A DNA stretch of 64,000 nt, taken from an uncultured virus (IMG/VR IMGVR_UViG_2795385499_000003). Its lineage: Duplodnaviria > Heunggongvirae > Uroviricota > Caudoviricetes. The position numbers and the translations under genes were made by a program. The stretch lies in IMG/VR virus record IMGVR_UViG_2795385499_000003, one strand, 5' to 3'. Shown here one piece after another: positions 29,383 to 37,349 of this stretch; positions within the stretch are counted from its first letter, which is position 1, and each line of letters starts with the position of its first letter. Below the pieces are notes generated by a model. The model was not told the DNA's origin. It searched no databases and saw only the letters and a list, made by a program, of their open reading frames with translations.

Positions 29383-30705
29383 TTACCCCGTTTCTCCCAT
29401 ATCTGGGATCGTCATCTGTCCCGCCAGTTCAGCGACAGCGGCGCGGAGCATGCGGATGTTTTCCCAAGTTGATTTATCGGCACGTTCCACCAGGGCGATA
29501 AACTCTGCCATGGTCATTTCCGTCTTTAGACGGGTCTCTATAGCTACTGAACTGAAGCGATTGAACTTCTCCATTAACCCTGCATCGTCCAGATCGGGAT
29601 ACTTAGCGGCCACCCAAACTTTCAGCTCCGCGTTTTCCAGCTTTTTCTGCTTCAGGCGCTGTGCTTTGGCAAGAATCTCCGTCGGCACTACCACTACAGC
29701 TGGATTTTCGAAAGAGTCTGCAGCCCAGGTGTGGGCATATCGGGATTCCTGAAACGTGTAAATGTCTTTATCGCCAAACATCGCAGCGGCGCAGGCCCAG
29801 ACCTCAATACCGCTTTGCTCAAGGATGCCAGCGCGGGTTAGCGGCATGTTTTCGTCATACTGGCTATCAGCGTTTACGGCAGGCTGCGCCGCGCCGACGG
29901 GGATTCCTGAGCGGTATTCGGTGATGATGGCCATAACTTCTTCAATACGGCTCAGGTCGATAAGCAGCGCGCCTTTCCCCTCTTCGGCTTCTCCTTTCTG
30001 AGCGTCACACAGCAGTTCCACCAGGCGGCGGGCGCGCGCGGCGCTGAACTGCGGCATCGCATCGGCCTTGGTCAGCTTCTTCTTGCCAGTCGCCTTCGCC
30101 TTATCCAGCTGCGTTCTGGCTACACTCCCAGCCTTCACCCCATGCTCACGCACCAGCGCCACTGCAGTAGTCGCCGCGACCTCTCTGTTTTTCACCATGG
30201 CGATCAGCTCATCACCGGAGGTAAGCAGCTGCAGGTGATGCTCCACGTCAGCAATAGAGCGCTTCACCTTCTTCGCTATCTCTGCCGGTTCCATACCCTG
30301 ATTGCTCATGCGCTGATAGGCTGCTGCGCGCTCCAGCGGTTCCAGCGCGCGCCCCTGGCTGCTCGTGACCATGAAGGCGATGCGATCGGCCTCGGACCCT
30401 ACGAAATCTTTGCACTCCAGGCGGATGTCATAGCCAGCTTCTTTCGCCAGCAGAGCGCCGTGGTAACGATGATGACCGTCGATGATCTTAATGCCCTGCT
30501 CAGTGACCTGCACAGCGAGCGGAGGCACATGCTCGCCAGCGATGAAGGCATCGCGGAATTCTTCGACGTGCGTCTGGTCAATTTCACGGATGTTGTAACC
30601 ACTTTCGACATACAGCTCATCAACGCCCAGCAGGTAAGTTTTGCGGGTAGTGATGTTGGTTTCGGTCTTTGCTTTGTTGTCGTAAATTCTTGCTAAGTTA
30701 GTCAT
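29383..30705 (-). CDS. ParB/Srx-like N-terminal domain protein
   Basis: YNIRE, VPPLAV, IIDGHHRY, HTH-like AEIAKKVKRS; ATG at 30705. Confidence 0.82.
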   Translation of the reverse strand: MTNLARIYDNKAKTETNITTRKTYLLGVDELYVESGYNIREIDQTHVEEFRDAFIAGEHVPPLAVQVTEQGIKIIDGHHRYHGALLAKEAGYDIRLECKDFVGSEADRIAFMVTSSQGRALEPLERAAAYQRMSNQGMEPAEIAKKVKRSIADVEHHLQLLTSGDELIAMVKNREVAATTAVALVREHGVKAGSVARTQLDKAKATGKKKLTKADAMPQFSAARARRLVELLCDAQKGEAEEGKGALLIDLSRIEEVMAIITEYRSGIPVGAAQPAVNADSQYDENMPLTRAGILEQSGIEVWACAAAMFGDKDIYTFQESRYAHTWAADSFENPAVVVVPTEILAKAQRLKQKKLENAELKVWVAAKYPDLDDAGLMEKFNRFSSVAIETRLKTEMTMAEFIALVERADKSTWENIRMLRAAVAELAGQMTIPDMGETG

Positions 30706-30824
30706 TTGTTTGCCAGCTCCCAGGACAGGGTAACGATCAGCGCGGCGATCATCAGGGCCGCAGTGCGAATGCTTTGGTAAAAAATCACGTTGCGCTCGTA
30801 ATGGCGCAGCACACGGGCTTTCAT
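30702..30824 (-). CDS. Small hydrophobic protein (40 aa)
   Basis: MKARVLRHYERN... with TM-like C-terminus; coupled to ParB-like start. Confidence 0.45.
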   Translation of the reverse strand: MKARVLRHYERNVIFYQSIRTAALMIAALIVTLSWELANK

Positions 30825-30835
30825 CAGATGCCACC

Positions 30836-31222
30836 CTATGCGTCGGCGCTCGGCTTCGGCCTTAATGCCTTTGCTTTCTGCATGCACATCCGCCGGCGCG
30901 CTACAGCCTGATCACGAAAGCGAGGCTTAGCCGTGGCGTCCATCGCGTTCAGCCATACCGTTGCCGCTCGGCTCCAGCAGTTGCGAGCCTGAAGGGACAT
31001 AGCCAGTTTGCTCAGGCGCGCGTATTCAGCGTCTACAGCTGTTGCTTCTTCAACCAGGTAGTAGCGGAACTTTATGTCCATGTAGACTTCGCCCATTGCT
31101 AGCAGAGTTTTCCCTGCTTCGCGTACAGTTCGCACGTTCGCCTTCATCCCCTTCGCCAGTTCGGAAGCTGTCAGGCCCGGATGCTCTTTCAGGTACGCCA
31201 GAATCATTTGCTCAGTATTCAT
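30836..31222 (-). CDS. HTH plus PerC-like transcriptional regulator
   Basis: N-terminal HTH (PGLTASELA); A..LQARNCWSRAATVWL PerC-like motif. Confidence 0.7.
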   Translation of the reverse strand: MNTEQMILAYLKEHPGLTASELAKGMKANVRTVREAGKTLLAMGEVYMDIKFRYYLVEEATAVDAEYARLSKLAMSLQARNCWSRAATVWLNAMDATAKPRFRDQAVARRRMCMQKAKALRPKPSADA

Positions 31223-31236
31223 CGTTGCGTCTCCTG

Positions 31237-32124
31237 TTAAGCGCCACGGAAGCCAGGCGGGATTGCGTAATCAGCAGATGGCACGGCAGTGATGTCACGC
31301 TGTCCACCAGCTTTGGGTAGGTCGTTAGCGCGATCTTCCTTGACGGCCAGATAGCAGCGCTCGGTAATCAGGTAATCGAAATTCTTTTTGCGCCAGGTAC
31401 GCCCTGATGCGTTATCTGCTCTGTTTTCACACATCCAGCGGCAGTTCTTCGCGATATAACGCAGGTAAGCAACCCAGCGTTCTTGAGTGAAATCGAACTT
31501 ACGCCAGAACGTGCGCAGCTTGTCTCGGCGGCCTTTAGTTAAGTCAGCTACCGGTGGCATTTCTGGGAGGATTTGGTGATAAGCGCCCAAAACAGACTGG
31601 TAATCCAGAGGCGGCTGGGCAGGCGAAGCCTGTCTAACAGTCTCTGTTGTAATCTCTGTAGTAATCTCTGTTGTATTCTCTGTAAGAGCAGTGCAATTTG
31701 CCCCTATGGATGGGTTTAAGTTGCCCTTTTCGACTGGTGCAGCCTGCCCTTTTCGATGAGTGCAAGTTGCACCCTTCGATGAGTGCAAATTGCCCTCATC
31801 GGTGAGCAGTGGGTTTTTGTGGTTGATTGCGTAAAAATTAGTACGGTCGTGCTGAGACTTTTTCAATTGCTCAACATAGATGAGACCGCTCTTTTTAAGC
31901 GAAGTCAGGGCGCGCTTAACAGTATCAGAAGACCAAAACGGGAATTGCTCATTCCATTCGTCAATGGTGTTATAAACCCATCGACGACCGTCATGCTCTA
32001 CGCCAGAGTTGGTGTCTTCCAGCCAGTAACAGATTTGCTGAAGCACTATGGCTTCATTCAGGCCGATCCGGCATGCCAGCACAGGGCTGATGACTAGCGG
32101 CTTTACTTTCAGAAGTAGACTCAT
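31237..32124 (-). CDS. Phage replication initiation protein (O-like)
   Basis: IGLNEAIVLQQI.YWL, WVYNT..W..QFPFWS..T.KR; internal iterons. Confidence 0.88.
   Translation of the reverse strand: MSLLLKVKPLVISPVLACRIGLNEAIVLQQICYWLEDTNSGVEHDGRRWVYNTIDEWNEQFPFWSSDTVKRALTSLKKSGLIYVEQLKKSQHDRTNFYAINHKNPLLTDEGNLHSSKGATCTHRKGQAAPVEKGNLNPSIGANCTALTENTTEITTEITTETVRQASPAQPPLDYQSVLGAYHQILPEMPPVADLTKGRRDKLRTFWRKFDFTQERWVAYLRYIAKNCRWMCENRADNASGRTWRKKNFDYLITERCYLAVKEDRANDLPKAGGQRDITAVPSADYAIPPGFRGA
31691..31805. repeat. Prophage origin: five 23-bp iterons inside rep gene
   Basis: GTGCAA.TTGCCC..TTCGATGA-like units at 31691, 31714, 31737, 31760, 31783. Confidence 0.8.
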
Positions 32125-32296
32125 GCTCGGCACCTACTTCCCTGAAATTGCGCTGAAATTGGTCAAGTGGACTGAAGCACTCACCATGTTCATAGTTGTC
32201 GCGCAGGTAGATAACGCGGTTTGTTTCAGGCTCCCAGCGAACGACACGGACGATAACGCCGCGCTTGTCTTTAAACCTTCGGTTGAGCTCGCGCAT
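32054..32296 (-). CDS. DUF4222 domain protein overlapping ymfM-like gene
   Basis: F.D.RG..VRV.......RVIYLR..YEH.C..P...F...F motif. Confidence 0.65.
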   Translation of the reverse strand: MRELNRRFKDKRGVIVRVVRWEPETNRVIYLRDNYEHGECFSPLDQFQRNFREVGAEHESTSESKAASHQPCAGMPDRPE

Positions 32297-32478
32297 TTGG
32301 TTAACCCCAGTTGACGGTGTGACTCACCCACAGCCCACTCTACAAAGCTGTGGTTCACCTCTTCGCTGCATCCGGGTACATTAAGCACATACCGCAGCGG
32401 CTCCTGATTGAAACGGCCACCAGCCGACGGCAGGCACCTAAATTGCGGAACAGGATGGAATCTGTTTAAATTGACCAT
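32134..32478 (-). CDS. ymfM: YmfM-like protein (e14 cell-division inhibitor family)
   Basis: NVPG..E.V.HSF.EWAVG...RQ motif; follows ymfL-like gene. Confidence 0.65.
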   Translation of the reverse strand: MVNLNRFHPVPQFRCLPSAGGRFNQEPLRYVLNVPGCSEEVNHSFVEWAVGESHRQLGLTKCASSTEGLKTSAALSSVSFAGSLKQTALSTCATTMNMVSASVHLTNFSAISGK

Positions 32479-32482
32479 GCGA

Positions 32483-33031
32483 TTATTTCTCCACACCAAG
32501 TGATTTGGTCGCAACTGAACGCTCCGGGCTGCAACCTGGGGCGTTCGCCTTATCTGGCGGGCAAAAAACGCGATACAGCAGCGTCAGATGCTCCTGCCAC
32601 TTAGCCATTACCTGATAGCTGTTCTCCTCAATCTGCTCCCTTTCAGCCGCATCAATTACGCCGTCCTCTGTGGCTTTACGCAGATAGGCGGAATGCTTGC
32701 CGATCCACTCAACCGACTCCATTAGGCGCTCGTTGATGTCGGCGTTATCAACATCCTCGATCTCAACCATCGGGACATTTACGCTGTTCGACTGCCGCGA
32801 AACCGCGTCAGCGATGTATTTCGTGCCGCTGGCCTGTTGAAGAACCATCGCCCAGCCCATAGGGAATATTTGGTCGCCCTCAAGGCGCAGGCGGTTAAAG
32901 AGCGCGTTCTCTGTGATGCCCAGCCATTCAGCTGCTTCTGCATAACCGCCAGGCATACTGGTTATGGTTTTACGGATCGCAGCCACAAGCCAGGCTGGTT
33001 GCTTTTCTATTTGCCACTCAGGTTTACCCAC
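32483..33031 (-). CDS. ymfL: YmfL-like putative regulator (CII position)
   Basis: KQPAWLVAAI.KTI...PGGYAEAAEWL, ALFNRLR..GDQIFP. Confidence 0.85.
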   Translation of the reverse strand: MGKPEWQIEKQPAWLVAAIRKTITSMPGGYAEAAEWLGITENALFNRLRLEGDQIFPMGWAMVLQQASGTKYIADAVSRQSNSVNVPMVEIEDVDNADINERLMESVEWIGKHSAYLRKATEDGVIDAAEREQIEENSYQVMAKWQEHLTLLYRVFCPPDKANAPGCSPERSVATKSLGVEK

Positions 33032-33044
33032 GGCTAAGCCCTCT

Positions 33045-33299
33045 CTACTGTGGTTTCGCTACGGATGGCGTAGCTGTTAAAGTCTCGGTGCTGGTCAGGT
33101 AGCGCTTGGGATAAAGAATTTCCAGCTCGCTGATCTCGCCTTTAAAGAACAAAGCCAGGCGCTCTGCTACATCCAGTGATGCCACCTGCAGACCGCGCTC
33201 AATACGGCTCAGGTTGCCTACATCCAGATGGATGGCGCCGGCTACTTCACTTAGTGTTTTTCCTTGCGATTTACGCAAGTTTCGTAACGGTGAAGACAT
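33045..33299 (-). CDS. cro: Cro-like HTH repressor
   Basis: SPLR.LRK....TL..VA......GNLSRIERG; divergent from cI. Confidence 0.88.
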   Translation of the reverse strand: MSSPLRNLRKSQGKTLSEVAGAIHLDVGNLSRIERGLQVASLDVAERLALFFKGEISELEILYPKRYLTSTETLTATPSVAKPQ

Positions 33300-33314
33300 T
33301 TTTAACCCCCTTAG

Positions 33315-33391
33315 TTGCGTAATTCGCATATTATTTCATGCTAGCGGATTGCGCAAGTTAATTTGCGTTTCATGCAAACCAGCCATTAAAT
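33315..33391. promoter_or_regulatory. OR region: three operators plus pR and pRM
   Basis: W-TGC-N7-GCA-W sites at 33315, 33342 (1 mismatch), 33363; pR TTGCGC-17-TAATAT (minus); pRM TTGCGT-17-TTAAAT placing +1 near cI ATG. Confidence 0.7.
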
Positions 33392-33397
33392 AGGCAC

Positions 33398-34093
33398 ATG
33401 AACATAGGAAATCGAATCAGAGAACTGCGGCTTGCGCGCGGGCTTACAATGAACGATCTGGCTGATGCCGTAGGCGTTGACCAGGCGAACATTTCACGCC
33501 TTGAGACAGGAAAGCAAAAATCCTTTACCGAGCAATCGCTTAATAAAATAGCTAATGCGCTAAATGTGAGCCTCGGTGAATTATTTATTCCCTCCGATCC
33601 AAAAAATACTGTATATAATAACAGTAAGGATATGGTTAAGGTTATACAAGGGGGGGATGTGTATCGTGTGGATTTGCTTGATGTAAATGTAAGTGCTGGC
33701 CCAGGAGCCTTTGTTGGTAGTGACATAATTGATATCATTCGCTCTATTGAGTACAACACAGAGCACGCCAAGAACTTCTTCGGCGGTAAACCTGCGACTA
33801 CGGTCAAGATGGTTAATGTCCGCGGTGACAGTATGTCGGGCACTATCGAGCCAGGAGATCTGGTTTTCGTGGATGTTTCAGTGAATCAGTTTGATGGTGA
33901 TGGGATTTATGTGTTTGGTTTTGATGGAAAGATTCACATAAAGCGCTTACAGATGGTTCCCGATAAAATCGTCGTCATTTCTGACAATACCCGATATCGT
34001 GACTGGTTCATTGATGAATCGAATGAGCACCGCTTTTATATTTTCGGCAAGGTCATGATCAGCCAGTCGCAATCCTTCAAACGACACGGCTAA
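33398..34093 (+). CDS. cI: CI repressor (XRE HTH plus S24 autopeptidase)
   Basis: HTH; VSAG cleavage site; VRGDSM and IKRL catalytic motifs. Confidence 0.95.
   Translation: MNIGNRIRELRLARGLTMNDLADAVGVDQANISRLETGKQKSFTEQSLNKIANALNVSLGELFIPSDPKNTVYNNSKDMVKVIQGGDVYRVDLLDVNVSAGPGAFVGSDIIDIIRSIEYNTEHAKNFFGGKPATTVKMVNVRGDSMSGTIEPGDLVFVDVSVNQFDGDGIYVFGFDGKIHIKRLQMVPDKIVVISDNTRYRDWFIDESNEHRFYIFGKVMISQSQSFKRHG
33609..33624. promoter_or_regulatory. LexA box inside cI linker
   Basis: TACTG-TATATAATAA-CAGTA containing TATAAT. Confidence 0.7.
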
Positions 34094-34113
34094 CCCTTCC
34101 TAACAAACCTGAT

Positions 34114-34138
34114 AAGCCCGGTTCTGCCGGGCTTTTTT
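34114..34138 (+). terminator. Terminator after cI
   Basis: AAGCCCGG-TTCTG-CCGGGCTTTTTT. Confidence 0.88.
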
Positions 34139-34158
34139 GCGTCTTTAACATTTATCGT

Positions 34159-34210
34159 TTGCAAATAGCGCATTTTATTACTTGCGTTATATGCATATCC
34201 GCATTATTGT
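34159..34210 (+). promoter_or_regulatory. OL operators and pL
   Basis: TGC-N7-GCA sites at 34159 and 34182; TTGCGT-17-TATTGT. Confidence 0.7.
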
Positions 34211-34243
34211 TTTCCTCATCAGCGGTTACTTACGGATTTTGAG

Positions 34244-34399
34244 ATGAGAATGGTCAAGAACATGAGCAACACTAAGTTTTGGGACCTGATCACTTTTCTT
34301 TACCTGTTCCCGGATGCCGAACTGGTTTGCGATGGGGATGTGGGGATCGTGTTGTTGGAGTGCTGTGTCGATAGTCCGGCAGCGAAGCCGGTTTTTTGA
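34244..34399 (+). CDS. Small early-left ORF (51 aa; not in track)
   Basis: MRMVKNMSNTKFWDLITFLYLFPDAELVCDGD...; first ORF after pL. Confidence 0.45.
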   Translation: MRMVKNMSNTKFWDLITFLYLFPDAELVCDGDVGIVLLECCVDSPAAKPVF

Positions 34400-35086
34400 T
34401 GGAAGACGGTGTGTTGTTTGGCGGTTTCTTCAGTTCGCAATCTGATTTAACCGCCCTCTTTTTTCACAACGAAAAGGGCGTTTGCAAAGCGGGTGTTTTC
34501 GAACGCTTTAGAGACGTGGAGTGAATGCCCTTCTCGTTGTGGAGATACAGTTAATGCGGAACAGTTCGGCGCTAAGCGCCAGCATGGCCTACAGGAACCC
34601 ATAGAACGGCGGGGAATCGCATAGGCCTGTGAACACAACAAGCGGGGGCAGCACCGTAAAAGTCTGCCAGTTCGTAAACCACGTGATTGCGTGTTACCCG
34701 AACCAAGCTGGCTGGGAGGTCAGCACACAACGGTAAGAGCATTGGCGGTGAACGGGCCAGCACACAAGCCGTAAACCGATCCGGAGGCAAAAGCCGGCCG
34801 TATCAATGCTCTTTCCGTTGTGGTGAATGCGGCTAGCGCACGCGGAGAGCTGGCATCCTGATTATCGTGCGATGCTCAGAGTTTAAAGGTCACCGCTCTG
34901 GAGTTCGCCAGCTTGGCCAGAGCACCGGGAGGCACCCGGCACCACAATACCCTTCGATGTTTCGGTGTGGAGAAATCAGGCTGTGGGTTATTGCAGTAAC
35001 CCACCAGCCCTTTAAGCGAATCCCTCAGTTTTTTATTGCCGTCACTGGCAAGGGATTCATGCAATCAAAAATCGTGTGGAGAACAT

Positions 35087-35245
35087 ATGCAGAAGCCTAA
35101 CGACGACATCAGAGTCGGGATCATCATCTTTCCCTACTCCAGCATTTTACGCGGCTGGATCGCCCCGGATGGAGAGCTGGTAAAGAACCCGATTAAAGCT
35201 CAGCGCATGGCTGAGGAAATGTACCGAAACATCACCATCCACTGA
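35087..35245 (+). CDS. Small early protein (DUF1317-like)
   Basis: D.IRVG.I.FPYS..LRGW..PDG....NP..AQR.AE; GTGTGGAGA SD. Confidence 0.6.
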   Translation: MQKPNDDIRVGIIIFPYSSILRGWIAPDGELVKNPIKAQRMAEEMYRNITIH

Positions 35246-35255
35246 GGCGACCAAC

Positions 35256-35693
35256 ATGCTCAACGCAAAATCGAATAAAGAAATTGTTGCCGCTGGCCAT
35301 TCCTTTGCCAAAAACCTCTCAGCCGATACCGGCCTGATGGATATGGCCAAGATGGTAAGCGAGCTCGCTACACGTCTCGACGTCGCGAACGCGCGCGCCA
35401 GTGTGATGGCAGGTGAAGTCCTGCGCATTAACAGCATCATGCCGGACGCTATCGCCGCGCTGAATGCCACCGGCAACCATATGAGCCTCGTTGCCAACCT
35501 TAACTCCGCCATGGTGACACCAGCCGCTAACGAGTGGATTAAGGCGCTACAGGCTGAAGCAGTCGTGCAGACGCGGAAATACGTCCAGACCATGACCAAC
35601 CACCAGCAGCCAGGCGTATCTCACGTTATTAACCTCATCTCGAAGCTGGAGATGGATATGTTGCGCACCAGTGCCAGTAAGGATGGTGAGTGA
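35256..35693 (+). CDS. Early-region coiled-coil hypothetical protein (Ea22/Ead-like position)
   Basis: K.V.ELAT.LDV, TPA...W...LQA motifs. Confidence 0.6.
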   Translation: MLNAKSNKEIVAAGHSFAKNLSADTGLMDMAKMVSELATRLDVANARASVMAGEVLRINSIMPDAIAALNATGNHMSLVANLNSAMVTPAANEWIKALQAEAVVQTRKYVQTMTNHQQPGVSHVINLISKLEMDMLRTSASKDGE

Positions 35694-36448
35694 TGATCCA
35701 CTATCACGGCGGGCCTATCACGCCTGACCTTGCTGCGCTGAAAGCCTGGCGCGGCAGGCACGCCTTTATCTCGTTCGCCCATCCAGAGCAGCTTGGGCTG
35801 GCGTCTGAAGCATGCCAGTCCTTTGCGCTGGACAACGGCGCGTTTACGGCGTGGAAAGCAGCTGGCCGCAACAAAATAGAATGGGCCGATTATTACGAGT
35901 TCGTAGCGCGCTGGAAAAATCATCCAGGCTTCGATTTTGCGATCATCCCTGACGTAATCGACGGCGGAGAAGCGGAGAACGAGGCGCTACTGGATGAGTG
36001 GCCACATGGCGATTTCTACGGCGTACCTGTATGGCATATGAACGAGAGCGACGAACGTTTTATTCGACTTTGCAATGAGTATCCGCGGGTAGCGATTGGC
36101 AGCTGCGGCGAGTATGACGTTAAACGGCCAAACCTTGCTGTCGCACGGATGAAAGACCTCATTCGCCATGTGACCGACGCTCACGGTCAGCCAATCGCTA
36201 AATTGCACGGGCTTCGCATGCTCAACCCGCAGATTTTCACAAAGCTCCCGCTGGCTAGCGCTGACAGTACAAACGTCGCGCGCAACATCGGTATCGATAA
36301 AGCATGGTCTGGAGCATACGCGCCAGCATCCAAAGAGACCCGCGCGGCATTGTTGGTTGAGCGTATTGAATCGCATAACAGCCCCGGCTCACTCGTCTAT
36401 TGCGAGCAACGAGACCGTATTTCGCTGCAAATGGCGCTGGAGGTGTAG
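35690..36448 (+). CDS. TGT/DpdA-like (queuine tRNA-ribosyltransferase-like barrel) protein
   Basis: LDNGAF, IPDVI, PVWH, VAIG, LHGL, SADS motifs in TGT-family order. Confidence 0.55.
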   Translation: MMIHYHGGPITPDLAALKAWRGRHAFISFAHPEQLGLASEACQSFALDNGAFTAWKAAGRNKIEWADYYEFVARWKNHPGFDFAIIPDVIDGGEAENEALLDEWPHGDFYGVPVWHMNESDERFIRLCNEYPRVAIGSCGEYDVKRPNLAVARMKDLIRHVTDAHGQPIAKLHGLRMLNPQIFTKLPLASADSTNVARNIGIDKAWSGAYAPASKETRAALLVERIESHNSPGSLVYCEQRDRISLQMALEV

Positions 36449-36450
36449 CA

Positions 36451-36777
36451 ATGAGTAACGTTCTAGCCCTGAAATTTAGTAATGCAGAGCCGGACCAGCT
36501 GCTCGGAACTCTGTCAGTTGAAGAGGTGATGGAGGTTCTTAAAGAAAGGGTTCGCTCTGAGGTTGAGGAAGAGGTGCGCGGCGATTATCAAGGGCAAATA
36601 GATGACCTGGAATGCCAGCTCGATGAGGAAGGAGACTGGAGAAACGATGCCGAAAGCTGGGAATGCGATGCTATCGGTCTCTATCGTGCTATCGAAGCTG
36701 CTATTGAACTTCCCTGGACCGAAGGGTTACCACTTCTGCGCCAGGCGATGGCTGACTACGGGAAGGATATCGACTGA
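36451..36777 (+). CDS. Highly acidic hypothetical protein (108 aa)
   Basis: ATG 36451 with GGAGG SD; about 28 D/E residues. Confidence 0.65.
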   Translation: MSNVLALKFSNAEPDQLLGTLSVEEVMEVLKERVRSEVEEEVRGDYQGQIDDLECQLDEEGDWRNDAESWECDAIGLYRAIEAAIELPWTEGLPLLRQAMADYGKDID

Positions 36778-37121
36778 TGCCTAAATCCCCCGCAGAACGC
36801 AAAGCCGCCCAGCGTGCCAGACAGGCCGCTGCCGGTGAGCAGAAATTAGAACTGGTGCTGGATAGCCAGGAACTGGAGATGCTGGCGCAGAACTGCGCCG
36901 CTCGGCGCCCCGGCCGCGAGCCGTATGAGCTGAACGAGTACATCACGATGCTTATCCGCAAGGACGCGGCTGAGCTGGCGCAGCAGATGAAAGCGCTAGC
37001 GAAGCGTCAGTGCAGGAAGTGTGGGGATCGTCTGCCTGTCAGCGCGTGCCCCTGCCAGGGTGATTCGCAGTGCTGGGCCACCAGCGGCTGGCTTGAGACA
37101 AAATTAAACATCATGCCGTGA
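36777..37121 (+). CDS. Conserved phage protein with C-terminal Cys cluster
   Basis: KS.AERKAAQRAR, CxxC...CPC...C. Confidence 0.75.
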   Translation: MPKSPAERKAAQRARQAAAGEQKLELVLDSQELEMLAQNCAARRPGREPYELNEYITMLIRKDAAELAQQMKALAKRQCRKCGDRLPVSACPCQGDSQCWATSGWLETKLNIMP

Positions 37122-37167
37122 CATGTCACGGATGCTTAACCTGTTGCAGCAGGAGTGGAGAAAATAA

Positions 37168-37349
37168 TGAATTCAGATTTTATGAGCGAGCAGGAAGTGA
37201 TGCAGGAGATCGGAAAAGCACGGACAGCACTCTGGCGGCTACGTAAATGCCACGGCTTCCCGTCACCAGTTCTTACCCATCCGGCGCGTTACAGTCGCAA
37301 AGCTGTGCAGCGTTGGATCGAGTCAGGCGGCGTTAACCGAGCTGTTTGA
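37168..37349 (+). CDS. xis: Excisionase / AlpA-like DNA-binding protein
   Basis: RT.LWRL....GFP.PV...V..WI; converges on and overlaps int. Confidence 0.75.

Noticed and set aside
31641..31805. CRISPR-like periodic repeats (also 28049-28090 and 47948-48058)
   Set aside because: No unique spacers or cas genes; explained as iterons, coding repeats or a simple duplication
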